A stretch of 63,493 nucleotides of DNA, filler included, from Octopus bimaculoides (Eukaryota): the NCBI RefSeq assembly GCF_001194135.2. It is 8 parts of 6 records of this genome, joined end to end, with 100 filler letters (N's around TTAATTAATTAA, not from the genome) between each part and the next. Parts side by side here need not be neighbours in the genome. Positions count along the whole stretch, not along the records: positions 53,401 to 55,560 come from NW_026360896.1; positions 55,661 to 58,919 come from NC_068994.1; positions 59,020 to 60,515 come from NC_068983.1; positions 60,616 to 63,493 come from NC_068997.1; 4 more parts are not named here. One strand, 5' to 3'. The translations under genes were made by a program, and so were the position numbers. Each line of letters opens with the position of its first letter. Within the stretch, counting starts at the first letter, position 1. Shown piece after piece: positions 53,471-63,493 of this stretch. The notes beneath the pieces are model-generated. The model searched no databases, was not told the origin of the DNA, and was given only the letters and a program-made list of their open reading frames with translations.

Positions 53471-54340
53471 GGGCTGTTTCTAGGTCAATATATTGAGTAT
53501 AAAGCAGAAGTAGAAAGTCTATATTGCGCTTCACACGTGTTTACAGTAAGACAGCTGATTACTTCAGGCTAGTTTATGACAACAGTGTTTTATACACACG
53601 ATATAATGTTCGTTTCTTACTTAGATACGACGTGTAATGATTTTTAGGAAAACTGAATACTTTCATTTTTTTTTTTTCCTGTTAATTAATACTTTAAAGT
53701 ATAAATTTCAATAAAATAAAATTTAGTGAAACTGTTGCTGTAAATGCACGAAAGACGTGTGTTGACGAGCGTAGGAAACTCAACGTGGTCGCTTCAACTT
53801 TTAGAAACAGCAGCTAAATATCAATGAAACTATACTCTGCACTCTTAAAAACAACGCATAAGTTAGATGATGATGGCTGGAGTATACCATACCATTCATG
53901 AAAATAAGACGATATCACCGTGTTTGATTTCAATATCTCTCATCTTACACGTATTAGATCAGGACTGAGTGTGGGACTACACAAAAGCAATAGAAGATTG
54001 ATGACTCCAGTTAATTAGATTAGCTTACCCAACGGTAAATGAAAAAACACGATAGTGGTGGTAACATTTCTGATACACGTGTCAAGAGGATAACTTCTGA
54101 TTTAAATAAACGTTTAGCTAAGTTTCACTTAAATCTCACATTCTACCATATTTCTATTAATAAATACTGCTTTTGTTTCAATTAATTCGAGATCCATGAA
54201 TAATTGAATAAAACATCTTCGTCATTATTAATTTGCTATTTGAAAATATAAACCTTTCATTAAATTTTGATGGAAAGTTTCAATTTAAATCGCTTAAAAA
54301 CAAGACGTTTATATCTCAGAACCATGGTCAGTTGGTATTT

Positions 54341-54350
54341 AAAAAAAAAA
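54341..54350 (-). terminator. Pol III oligo-T terminator of the tRNA-Lys gene
   Basis: T10 on the minus strand, 7 nt after the discriminator. Confidence 0.75.
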
Positions 54351-54357
54351 TACCATA

Positions 54358-54449
54358 CGCCCGCAGAGGGACTTGAACCCGCGACCCTCAGATTACTTGT
54401 AAGGTTGACCTATAAAAGTCTGATGCTCTACCGACTGAGCTATGCGGGC
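54358..54449 (-). tRNA. tRNA-Lys(UUU) with a 19-nt intron at 37/38
   Basis: 73-nt body GCCCGCATAGCTCAGTCGGTAGAGCATCAGACTTTTA|ATCTGAGGGTCGCGGGTTCAAGTCCCTCTGCGGGCG plus intron TAGGTCAACCTTACAAGTA. The 7-bp acceptor stem is perfect. Confidence 0.9.
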
Positions 54450-55660
54450 GGGCTGAAATTTAGTTGAAATACTAGATNNNNNNNNNNNNNNNNNNNNNNN
54501 NNNNNNNNNNNNNNNNNNNNNNNNNNNNNNNNNNNNNNNNNNNNNNNNNNNNNNNNNNNNNNNNNNNNNNNNNNNNNNNNNNNNNNNNNNNNNNNNNNNN
54601 NNNNNNNNNNNNNNNNNNNNNNNNNNNNNNNNNNNNNNNNNNNNNNNNNNNNNNNNNNNNNNNNNNNNNNNNNNNNNNNNNNNNNNNNNNNNNNNNNNNN
54701 NNNNNNNNNNNNNNNNNNNNNNNNNNNNNNNNNNNNNNNNNNNNNNNNNNNNNNNNNNNNNNNNNNNNNNNNNNNNNNNNNNNNNNNNNNNNNNNNNNNN
54801 NNNNNNNNNNNNNNNNNNNNNNNNNNNNNNNNNNNNNNNNNNNNNNNNNNNNNNNNNNNNNNNNNTTTTTTTTTTTTTTTTTTTTTTTTGTAACGCCCCT
54901 CGACTAGACTTACTTAACATGGATGATCATTTACCAATTTTACTCTAAAAGTGGATTGTATAAGGTTTTGACAGTGAAATGGTAACAAATTAATAAAGAC
55001 AGAAGTTGTAAATTTACTTTATACTTAGCAAGTTAATGGCTTCCCAGTGCCTGATGAGATCTCATTTGTATTTTAATACCCATTACTAGTTTTAACGTGT
55101 ATAGTATAATTACTACTTTATGTAAAAATGAGTAGGTTAACAATGTTACCTCACAGCCCCCTAAAGTCTACCGCTCCTTTCGGCATGCTCAGCGCCACCT
55201 TGGCGGCGGTACCGCCCACGTTGAGGGTCCCTGATTTACGATAATTTCCACTTACATTTTGTAATTATAAACCGAAATACTACCGAAGAAAAACTGAGAG
55301 TCGTGGCTGGAACGCCTTTTATTATAGATTATATCACCAGATCTAACAACAATGAGGATTCTTATCTCGTTCAGTCACAAAGCAATTCGTTTCTTTTTTT
55401 TTTCTTTTTAATACTGAGAATACAGATAGGATTTCATGTATGTAAGGATAGAAAGTTGAAAAACGTGTGTATGTGCGTGTATTCGTATATGAATGTATTT
55501 ATGTGTGTATATATATGTGTGTATATATATGTCTGTATATATATATATATATATATATATNNNNNNNNNNNNNNNNNNNNNNNNNNNNNNNNNNNNNNNN
55601 NNNNTTAATTAATTAANNNNNNNNNNNNNNNNNNNNNNNNNNNNNNNNNNNNNNNNNNNN

Positions 55661-55706
55661 CTGGAAGACATCGACAATGAGCAGGACACTTCAGAAGTCT
55701 ACAAAG
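55661..55706 (+). CDS. Partial exon of a probable receptor cytoplasmic tail (WKTSTMSRTLQKSTK; alternative frame LEDIDNEQDTSEVYK)
   Basis: Strong donor AAG|GTAAGC; 5' part lost in the gap. The phase-0 frame joins directly to the 57373 exon. Confidence 0.5.
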
Positions 55707-57372
55707 GTAAGCTTTACTTGGATTTACTGTTTGTTAGTAGTTAATGTTTAATTAAGAATTATATGAATTGAAGACATCGACAGTGAACTGAAGTTTACCA
55801 AAAGCATGAAAATATCTATCAATCTTCTAGTTTGGTATTCTCTTAAATCTCCTCTGAGTAACAACTTCATATATACTTTTTGTGTAATCTTTACATTTTC
55901 ATAAATATACCTTTAAATATTATTTCCATAATTATTATCAAACATTGTTTGTATAACATTATCAATTGTGTATTTCATCTGTTTTGTTTGGTTTTGAAGT
56001 ATTCAGTGTTTTTCAACATATGTCTTAAAGAAATTTTCCATGGATGAAATCCTGTGACTTGTAACTGTTCAAACAAAACACATATATTAAGTTTGTGAAA
56101 TCAATTATGTTTATAGTATTAGAGCTGCTTCTGATTCAAAATTTAGTTTATTTTATCTTATACTCTTTTAGAATTATGTTGTGATGTGAGTTTAGTGTAG
56201 AAATTGTTATTTCTGGTATGTTATGTTATTCATCTACACCATTTGTCTGTGATATTTTATTATTTGACTGTAATGACATTCAATATTTAAATAAGTCATT
56301 ACACTGTCACATAAATATACAAGTTTTTTTTCTGTTACATAAGGGTTTGGTCCAGATGTAGGGACTGTGTCCATGACCATCACAAAACCTCCATTACAAT
56401 TGAGGTTAATGTAGCATATTCTCTTGAATAATTACTAGTATAAAACATAAAACAGCTGGAGAAGTATGGGAATAGAGTGAATTTCAGTGGGGAAGATGCT
56501 CTGAGGCAGAAAGATTAAATGGTTATTGTAGGGAGCAGAAAGGCTGACAATATGATTTACTAGAGGAGAAGAGATGAGTAAGTTGAGTAGCCCAGGGTGG
56601 GACTACCTCTGAGAGTTGAGGCCTCTGAAAGGGAAGATAGAAAAGCAAGAGTCAAAGTTATATGGTCCATCAATATATGGAGATGCAACATAACTGGAAA
56701 CATGAATTTATAGATTGTGGCTCTCCTGTCCTTTTTCTAAGTATAATGGATCTAAGAATATTTTGTGAGTGTTTTAGGTTGAATAGAGGCTTCTTGAGTT
56801 GTGTTTGTGTGAAGTTTTGATCAAAGTCCTCTAATCTAATGATCCCACCTGCCACCAATAACATTGCCTAACCTGCCTTGACCTTCTATAAAGTTCAAAT
56901 GTGATCACTGCTACTTCACACACAAACATCCTTGGTTTTTAATTAATGTTAAATAGTTAATATTTCATGAGGTATCCTTCTTTCTTGACAATAATTTATG
57001 ACTATGGTAATTATTTCTTCTCTTCAATAGATGTGTAGTTATAATTATCTAAAATTTCTTAGCTACCGTCTGCATGTTAGTGTGACAATTTTTCTTTTAG
57101 TGATCAGTGAAAACTCACTAAGCAATGCACAAACCTCTGTGTCTGAGATGTTTCTTCTCATTTCTTCTTCTCTCGCCACTGCTATGGACTCTTTCTCTGA
57201 ATAGCTTGCTGAAAACTCATTCCAGTCTCAAAACTTTTACTATGGTCTCCTCTCCCATATCTCACACTAACTACTGTCCCTAACTTTTACTCCCCAAAAC
57301 AATAAGCATCCAGAATTTCCAAATGGTTTTCTTGAACAAATTTAGTCATAGTTGTTTCTTGTTATGTTGCAG

Positions 57373-57526
57373 CAGAAATACAGTCAACCCATTGAGGTGA
57401 CATCTTATGGAGACAACAGACCATCTTCTAACTATCCCACTGATACATTGACCAGTCGTAAGAGTAGTGGACAGTGCTGGAGTGAGCGGTCAAGTAGACA
57501 GTATGAAGAAATACCAGCAACGTCAG
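57373..57526 (+). CDS. Penultimate exon: QKYSQPIEVTSYGDNRPSSNYPTDTLTSRKSSGQCWSERSSRQYEEIPATS(G)
   Basis: gttgcag| and CAG|GTAAAA; phase 0 to 1. Confidence 0.7.
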
Positions 57527-57878
57527 GTAAAACATTCACATTTACTTTTGTTATTTGGTGTGTTTATCATTTTCCCCAATGATATGCCTTGGAGTGAACT
57601 CTAAACAAACACCAGGATTTGAAGCACTACCAAAACCTTGTTTCTAATTGTTTTATTAATTCATTTAACACTGATGAGTGAAATTTATAAATTAAAAGTG
57701 TAAATCTATTTTTATTTATTAGTTAATTTTCACTGAATACTCTTAAGATTGTCTAGGTCTAATCGTATAGGGAGGTATTAATTTCTTTATAATAGTTATT
57801 TTATAGAGCACTTAATATAAAAGAAGGAAATGTTGACTAAAGCCAGTCAGTGAATACCCATTGGTATATATGTTTCAG

Positions 57879-57997
57879 GAGTCTATGGTGCCCCACCCGA
57901 TGTATCAAGCACCATTGAGAGAGACCATTACCAAGACAGATATGTGAAACCTCCAGAGAGACAGTTACCTTCAACACCAGATGTTGTTGTCAGTTAA
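57879..57997 (+). CDS. Terminal exon: (G)VYGAPPDVSSTIERDHYQDRYVKPPERQLPSTPDVVVS*
   Basis: tgtttcag| in phase 1, matching the previous exon; TAA stop; AATAAA at ~58287. Confidence 0.7.
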
Positions 57998-59040
57998 GTG
58001 AGATTGAGAAGATGACACAACAGAAATAATATCACCCTTCAACATTCACACAACATTTAAAACAACACAAATATATTAGTTAGTTAACAATATTGCCAAC
58101 ATATGACTGTACAGTTTGTATGTGTTTCAGACAAAGTATTTGAAAAATGTGTACACCTGGGGTAGGTTTCTGCAGATAAAACTGATATAACATAAATTGT
58201 TCTGATTAATCAATTTACAACACTCTATTGTTAGGTAAACCGAAGCAATATTGTAAGAAATCATTGATATATATTCCTTGCAGTGAAATAAAGTTTGACA
58301 TTAAAAAAATTGTATCAAGCAATAAATATCAACGACTTTAAGATGTTAAACGCTTCTATTGTATTTTAAATATATATATAGTTTACATGGCAGCCTTAAA
58401 TTTGCTAAATAGGAGATTTAGTTTAGAATTAGGTCAGAAACACACTAACTGTTATTGTCAATATTGTATTTACATTTTAAATTACACACACATTAACAAC
58501 ATCAGCCATATTTTTGTTAATATAACCTCTCTGTTCTACATCAGACATGTTTGTGTTATATAGACTTATCATGGCTGACTGTTGGTGGAGCTGATAGTGT
58601 GTTGTCCCTCACTTTTCCAGTCTGAGTGAAGCTGGAGTAAGCATCACTCACCTCTCTTCCTTTCTCTGTCTCTCACTCACACCCATGCACACACTCACAC
58701 TAAACATCACACATCCACAAAGGAAGACTGAGAGGAACTGCTGGTTCCCCACTGACTCACCACCAACACTATTCCATCAACATGAAGCCATTGTCACACC
58801 ATAGCAGCAGTGACACAGACAACCATTAACAACAGAACATTGGGACCAAGTCACAGTTTATACAACAAAGGATTTTACACAATGAAGGTAAATCTATTAT
58901 TCTATATTATCTATCCAGTNNNNNNNNNNNNNNNNNNNNNNNNNNNNNNNNNNNNNNNNNNNNTTAATTAATTAANNNNNNNNNNNNNNNNNNNNNNNNN
59001 NNNNNNNNNNNNNNNNNNNATATATATATATATATATATA

Positions 59041-59620
59041 GGGAAAATTCGCAAAAAAAACAAAAGACGAAGACAGGTGGTGTAGAAAACAAACAGATAT
59101 ATTAATATAATGCTCGGGAATTGAAAACGTCTTTAACGTTTAGAGTCTACGCACTTCCATAGAAAGGAACACAGAAAGAAACAAGCAGAGAAAAAAATAT
59201 GTGTAGTGGTTAGCGATCTATCATGGCGAATGCCGGACAGAGGGGTCACACAGGAAAGCTAAGAAGAAAGGGAGATAACAAAGTAGTAGTGATCCCAAAA
59301 TGAAGGTGCGCGTGTGTAAGAGAGAATGTATGTGCGTGTGAAAGAGGGCTGGTGATCTTGACGTGTGCGTGTGTGTATGTGTAAATGTGAAAATGTGTGG
59401 ATGGGAATTGGTCAGTGCGTGGTGGTGTGTTGTGTGGTATGGTGTAGTGTGATGTGGAGTGATAGTGTTGGGAGGTGGGGAAGGTGAGAGTGGGAAGCTA
59501 GGGTTGGGTGTGGGTGATGCTGAGGGTGGGGTTAGAAGTAGGGTATGTGGATAGGCAGAGGGTGGGGTAGAGGTGGGGGGCATGTGAAATTTTCCAGCTT
59601 TATACTGCATGTTCTTTAAT
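59041..59620 (-). mobile_element. Penelope-like element fragment with a decayed hammerhead-like motif
   Basis: Shares CAAAAGACGAAGACAGGTG..GCTC.GGAA..GTCTTT.ACGTTT with 45275-45378. Family assignment is inferred. Confidence 0.45.
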
Positions 59621-59689
59621 TCAGCCCACTTGTATATTGAGTTTAGGTACCTAACCTAGTCCTGATGACATTATGACTGGGTCTGAGAC

Positions 59690-60420
59690 AGTTACTCAAT
59701 AACTCAAATGTAGACGTAATAGACCTTGATTTTGCAAAAGCTTTTGATAAAGTGGAACATGGTATGATATGCCACAAACTGCGTGCTCTCGGCATAGCTG
59801 GAAAACTTGGAGAGTGGTTACATGATTTTCTGAAAGATAGAAGTCAGGCGGTAGTGGCCAAATGGAGCCACCTCAATGAAAACACAAATAAAATAAAACT
59901 GAATATGAAACTTACAGTGTACACTGATCAACAGCGGATTACAATCTCAGAGCCTAAATCAGTGAGGGTCCTGGATATTGACATGAGTGATGATACCTCT
60001 TTCCAAGTGAACATTACCAGGATGGTGATAAAATGCAGACGACTGGCTGGATGGATTGTGAGAACATTCAGAACAAGAGAAAAGGAAACGATGATGGTCC
60101 TCTGGAGGACATTCGTCCTCAGCCGCCTGGATTACTGCTCCCAGCTAAGGTCACTCAAAAGTGTAAAATTAACAAAGGACCTTGAAGCAATCAAGTGAGG
60201 CTTCACAAAGAAGATCGTCTCATTTGCAACAGCTCAGCTACTGGGAAAGGCTAAAAAAGCTAAGACTCTACACCTTGGTGCGAAGGCGAGAGAGGTATGC
60301 AGTAATATAATAACATCTGGAAGATTCTGGGAGGAATTGTGGCAGCAACAGGTGCAAATGAGGGTAGCGACATCAAACTCCAGTCTTCACCAAGTGCCAC
60401 ATATTAGAGGAGGCTCTTAG
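59690..60420 (+). mobile_element. Internally deleted CR1-clade LINE RT fragment
   Basis: LDFAKAFDKVEHGMICHKLRALGIAGKLGEWLHDFL..FVLSRLDYCSQL. Confidence 0.85.
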
Positions 60421-60739
60421 TAATAACAGTGTAGCAAAACGGCAGTGCCCCAGCATGGCCACAACTCTGAGCTTAAGCAACAAAAAGAAAACAAATATAT
60501 ATATATATATATATANNNNNNNNNNNNNNNNNNNNNNNNNNNNNNNNNNNNNNNNNNNNTTAATTAATTAANNNNNNNNNNNNNNNNNNNNNNNNNNNNN
60601 NNNNNNNNNNNNNNNTATACATATATATATTATATGTTCATATATATGATGAATGTGCAAAAACAAGGAAAAGCACAAGGGAGGCGAGATTTCAAAAAGA
60701 GCCATTAGTCGCACGCTTGAGCGGGAAAATGAATAGAGT

Positions 60740-60778
60740 CTTTGATGTTTCGGACATTACAGTCCTTCATCAGTAAAG
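60740..60778 (-). ncRNA. Minimal (Penelope-type) hammerhead ribozyme motif, probably partly decayed
   Basis: CTTTA-CTGATGA-A-GGAC-TGTAAT-GTCC-GAAA-CATC-AAAG: both core motifs and a 4-bp stem II are intact. Confidence 0.55.
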
Positions 60779-60800
60779 GGAAAAAAATATTGACGGTGGA

Positions 60801-60831
<31 letters not shown>

Positions 60832-61823
60832 CGCAAAATGTTTAGTGATTAATTGGAAATGCGGTTCTATAGGGGAGATAAGAAGGGAGGAAGAGTTAGA
60901 GTGTTTTGTGTATAAATAAAAGTGTTTGTGTAAGGAGATGGGCATTAGGGGAAGTTCATGAGTGGTGTATTGTGTAGGCTGTTAGCTTGGCATGAGTAGA
61001 TTTGTGTGCTGAAGATGAGAGAGAAGCGTGAATTAACAGGGATGAAACAGTGAACAAAACGGTGGAACTATAGTGTTCGTTATTGAAGGGATTAACCAAA
61101 ATGTACTGAAGGAAATGAGAGATAAATATCATTTACTGCACGCCGAACTTAAATAAAAGCTGCTATTTGTCTCATACCTCTATCCGAAGTTTCACTTCTG
61201 CATTCAATGGGTCTTCAGGCAAGTTACGTCAACAGGCAAAGCAGTCAAACGGCCAGAATGAGATTATATATATATNNNNNNNNNNNNNNNNNNNNNNNNN
61301 NNNNNNNNNNNNNNNNNNNNNNNNNNNNNNNNNNNNNNNNNNNNNNNNNNNNNNNNNNNNNNNNNNNNNNNNNNNNNNNNNNNNNNNNNNNNNNNNNNNN
61401 NNNNNNNNNNNNNNNNNNNNNNNNNNNNNNNNNNNNNNNNNNNNNNNNNNNNNNNNNNNNNNNNNNNNNNNNNNNNNNNNNNNNNNNNNNNNNNNNNNNN
61501 NNNNNNNNNNNNNNNNNNNNNNNNNNNNNNNNNNNNNNNNNNNNNNNNNNNNNNNNNNNNNNNNNNNNNNNNNNNNNNNNNNNNNNNCAACATAATTAAT
61601 ATAAACGTTAGCTACAGCTGTACCGATAACACCATCTTCATAGCAAGAATAAGTGAATCAATTACACAAGACGTGCAGCCATTTTATTAGCTATATGTAT
61701 AAACATGTAATTGTGTGTGTGCATATGTGTGTGTGTGTATGTGTGTGGGTGTGCATGTGTGTGTGTGTGCATATGTGTGTGTGTGCATGTGTGTGTGTGT
61801 GTGTGTGTGTGTGTATACACGTA

Positions 61824-62724
61824 CGCGGTGGTATCAAAAAGTTTCCGAACTAGTTCTGTAGCGCGCCAACAGATGACAGCAAACGGTTGCTTGCGCAGTG
61901 AGAACTAGCAGTGGGCTTCACGAATCAGTGTGCCGAGTGACATCGCTGTGTTTACTTCGCAAATTGTGAAATTTGTATTTTCGTGATCACGTGTGTGCTG
62001 TAGTCAACGATTTTGCCATGGACCGGAACAAATTGTCATCATGAAATTTTGCATTAAACTTAGGAAGTCTGCTACAGAGACATTGACTATGCTTCGACAA
62101 GTTTATGCCGACGAGGCAGTGGGTCGAAACGCTGTGTTTCGAGTAGCACGAACGATTCAAAATCGGAAGAACGTCCCTGAAACATAGGCGACCTGGAAGA
62201 CCGGCCGCATTCGTTATCCCCGTAAATGTAATATAGTGCAACGTGTATTCCTCCCCCAGGGCCAGGCCATCAATCGAGAGTTCTACTGCGATGTTTTGAA
62301 GTGTCTGAAGGAAAACATTCGGTGATAGCTACTGGATCTGTGGAATGCGAAGAATTACATTCATCGCTGAGCACCCCTGACACATGAGTTTCTTCTGAAA
62401 CCAACATGAAATCGCTTCTGCACCCGCCCAATTCGCCAGATTTATCACCTGTGGGCTTCCATCTCTTCCTAAGGGAGGAAAATGCTGCTCAAAAGTCGTT
62501 TTAACACCGGTGTCGAAGTCTAGAGCGAATCGTTGAAGGTTCTCGATTCACTTGCAAAAAAAACGACTTTCAGGTTGGATTCCAAAGCTACCAGAAACGC
62601 TGGGACCGGTGTATTGCTGCGCAAGGTGACTATTTTGAAGGAGTTGATATTAAAACTTAAGGTAAATAGGTTATTTTTTGTTAAACATAACTAGTTTGGG
62701 AACCTTTTGACACCACCTCGTGTA
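61824..62724 (+). mobile_element. Internally deleted mariner element with both TIRs
   Basis: TA|CGCGGTGGTATCAAAAAGTTTCCGAACTAGT ... ACTAGTTTGGGAACCTTTTGACACCACCTCG; EQIVIMKFCIKLRKSATETLTML; HPPNSPDLSPVGFHLF. Confidence 0.85.
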
Positions 62725-63189
62725 TATGAATACATGAAGGTGTGTAGGTGTGTAATCTGAAGGAGTACTCTGTACAAACGTAAAGTGCAGTCATTATTTC
62801 AGCCTGTCGAGTGCCCTTTTCTACGGTTACAGCCGGTTTTTCAGATGAATCAGGGTAGGAGTACTGAAACAAGGAAACACATGTATGTATACACTCACAT
62901 ATATAGAGAGATCTGTGTGTGTGTGCGTGTGTGCACACATATACACAAACACGCACACGTGCACACACACAAACACACACACATATCTACGTATGTATAC
63001 ATATATCTATAGACGTTAGAGGTAATACTTGACGATTGTAAGCACCTGTGTATGCGAGCTCGTGGTCGGGGTGAATGAATAAATTGGAAATGCAAAAATA
63101 AAAACAAAAGATGTATGCATGTAGATATGTACGCTTATATATATGAATGTATACTTTTACTCCAGCATGACCACACACTTTGGCCTGAA

Positions 63190-63229
<40 letters not shown>

Positions 63230-63231
<2 letters not shown>

Positions 63232-63493
63232 ATAGCTTTATGGTTAGAGGGTCGGGCTCCCAATCAAAAGACAGTGAGATCGATTCCCGGATCGGGCTGT
63301 GTGTTGTGTTCTTGAGCAAGACACTTTATTTCCCGTTGTTCCAGTTCACTCAGCTGTAAAAATGAGTTGCGACGTCACTGGTGCCAAGCTGAATCAGCCC
63401 CTGCCTTTCCCTTAGATAACATCAGTGGCGTGGAGAGGCGAGGTTTTCCATAAGCAATATTGCCCGACTTGTGCCTCGGAGGATAACTTTCTA
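63230..63493 (+). mobile_element. tRNA-derived SINE of another family, running off the window end
   Basis: A/B-box-like head, then TTGAGCAAGACACTTTAT..CCAGTTCACTCAGCTGTAAAAATGAGT core. Confidence 0.7.

Noticed and set aside
55150-55240. GC-rich palindromic patch GGCGGTACCGCC
   Set aside because: Reverse complement begins CAGGGACCCTCAACGTGGGCGGTACCGCC, resembling a hAT-type terminal sequence rather than a structured RNA.

Overview
AT-rich, repeat-dense animal genomic DNA. The SINE, LINE and microsatellite content closely resembles an octopus (coleoid cephalopod) genome, which is an inference. Seven N-flanked TTAATTAATTAA blocks look like artificial scaffold joins, so the window is probably a mosaic of about 8 pieces and adjacency across those joins is unreliable. 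Coding content was assembled by hand from splice sites and reading-frame phase. (1) Minus strand: five exons of a THNSL1-like gene (shikimate-kinase-like P-loop domain plus the N-terminal half of a threonine-synthase domain; 25591 to 13966). (2) Directly downstream on the same strand: four phase-compatible exons (11924 to 6569) encoding an 82-aa peptide I cannot identify, while the expected C-terminal half of THNSL1 was not found. This is a candidate chimeric gene or a nested unknown gene, and the most interesting observation here. (3) Plus strand: exons 1-3 of EXOSC7/RRP42. (4) Two tRNA-Lys(UUU) genes carrying different introns at 37/38. (5) The last three exons of a probable receptor with a Tyr-rich tail containing YEEI. 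The rest is SINEs, non-LTR elements (RTE, CR1, L1/Tx1, RLE-type), Tc1/mariner relics, MITEs, a Helitron-like end, Penelope-type hammerhead remnants and microsatellites. There is no CRISPR array, rRNA or prokaryotic system.
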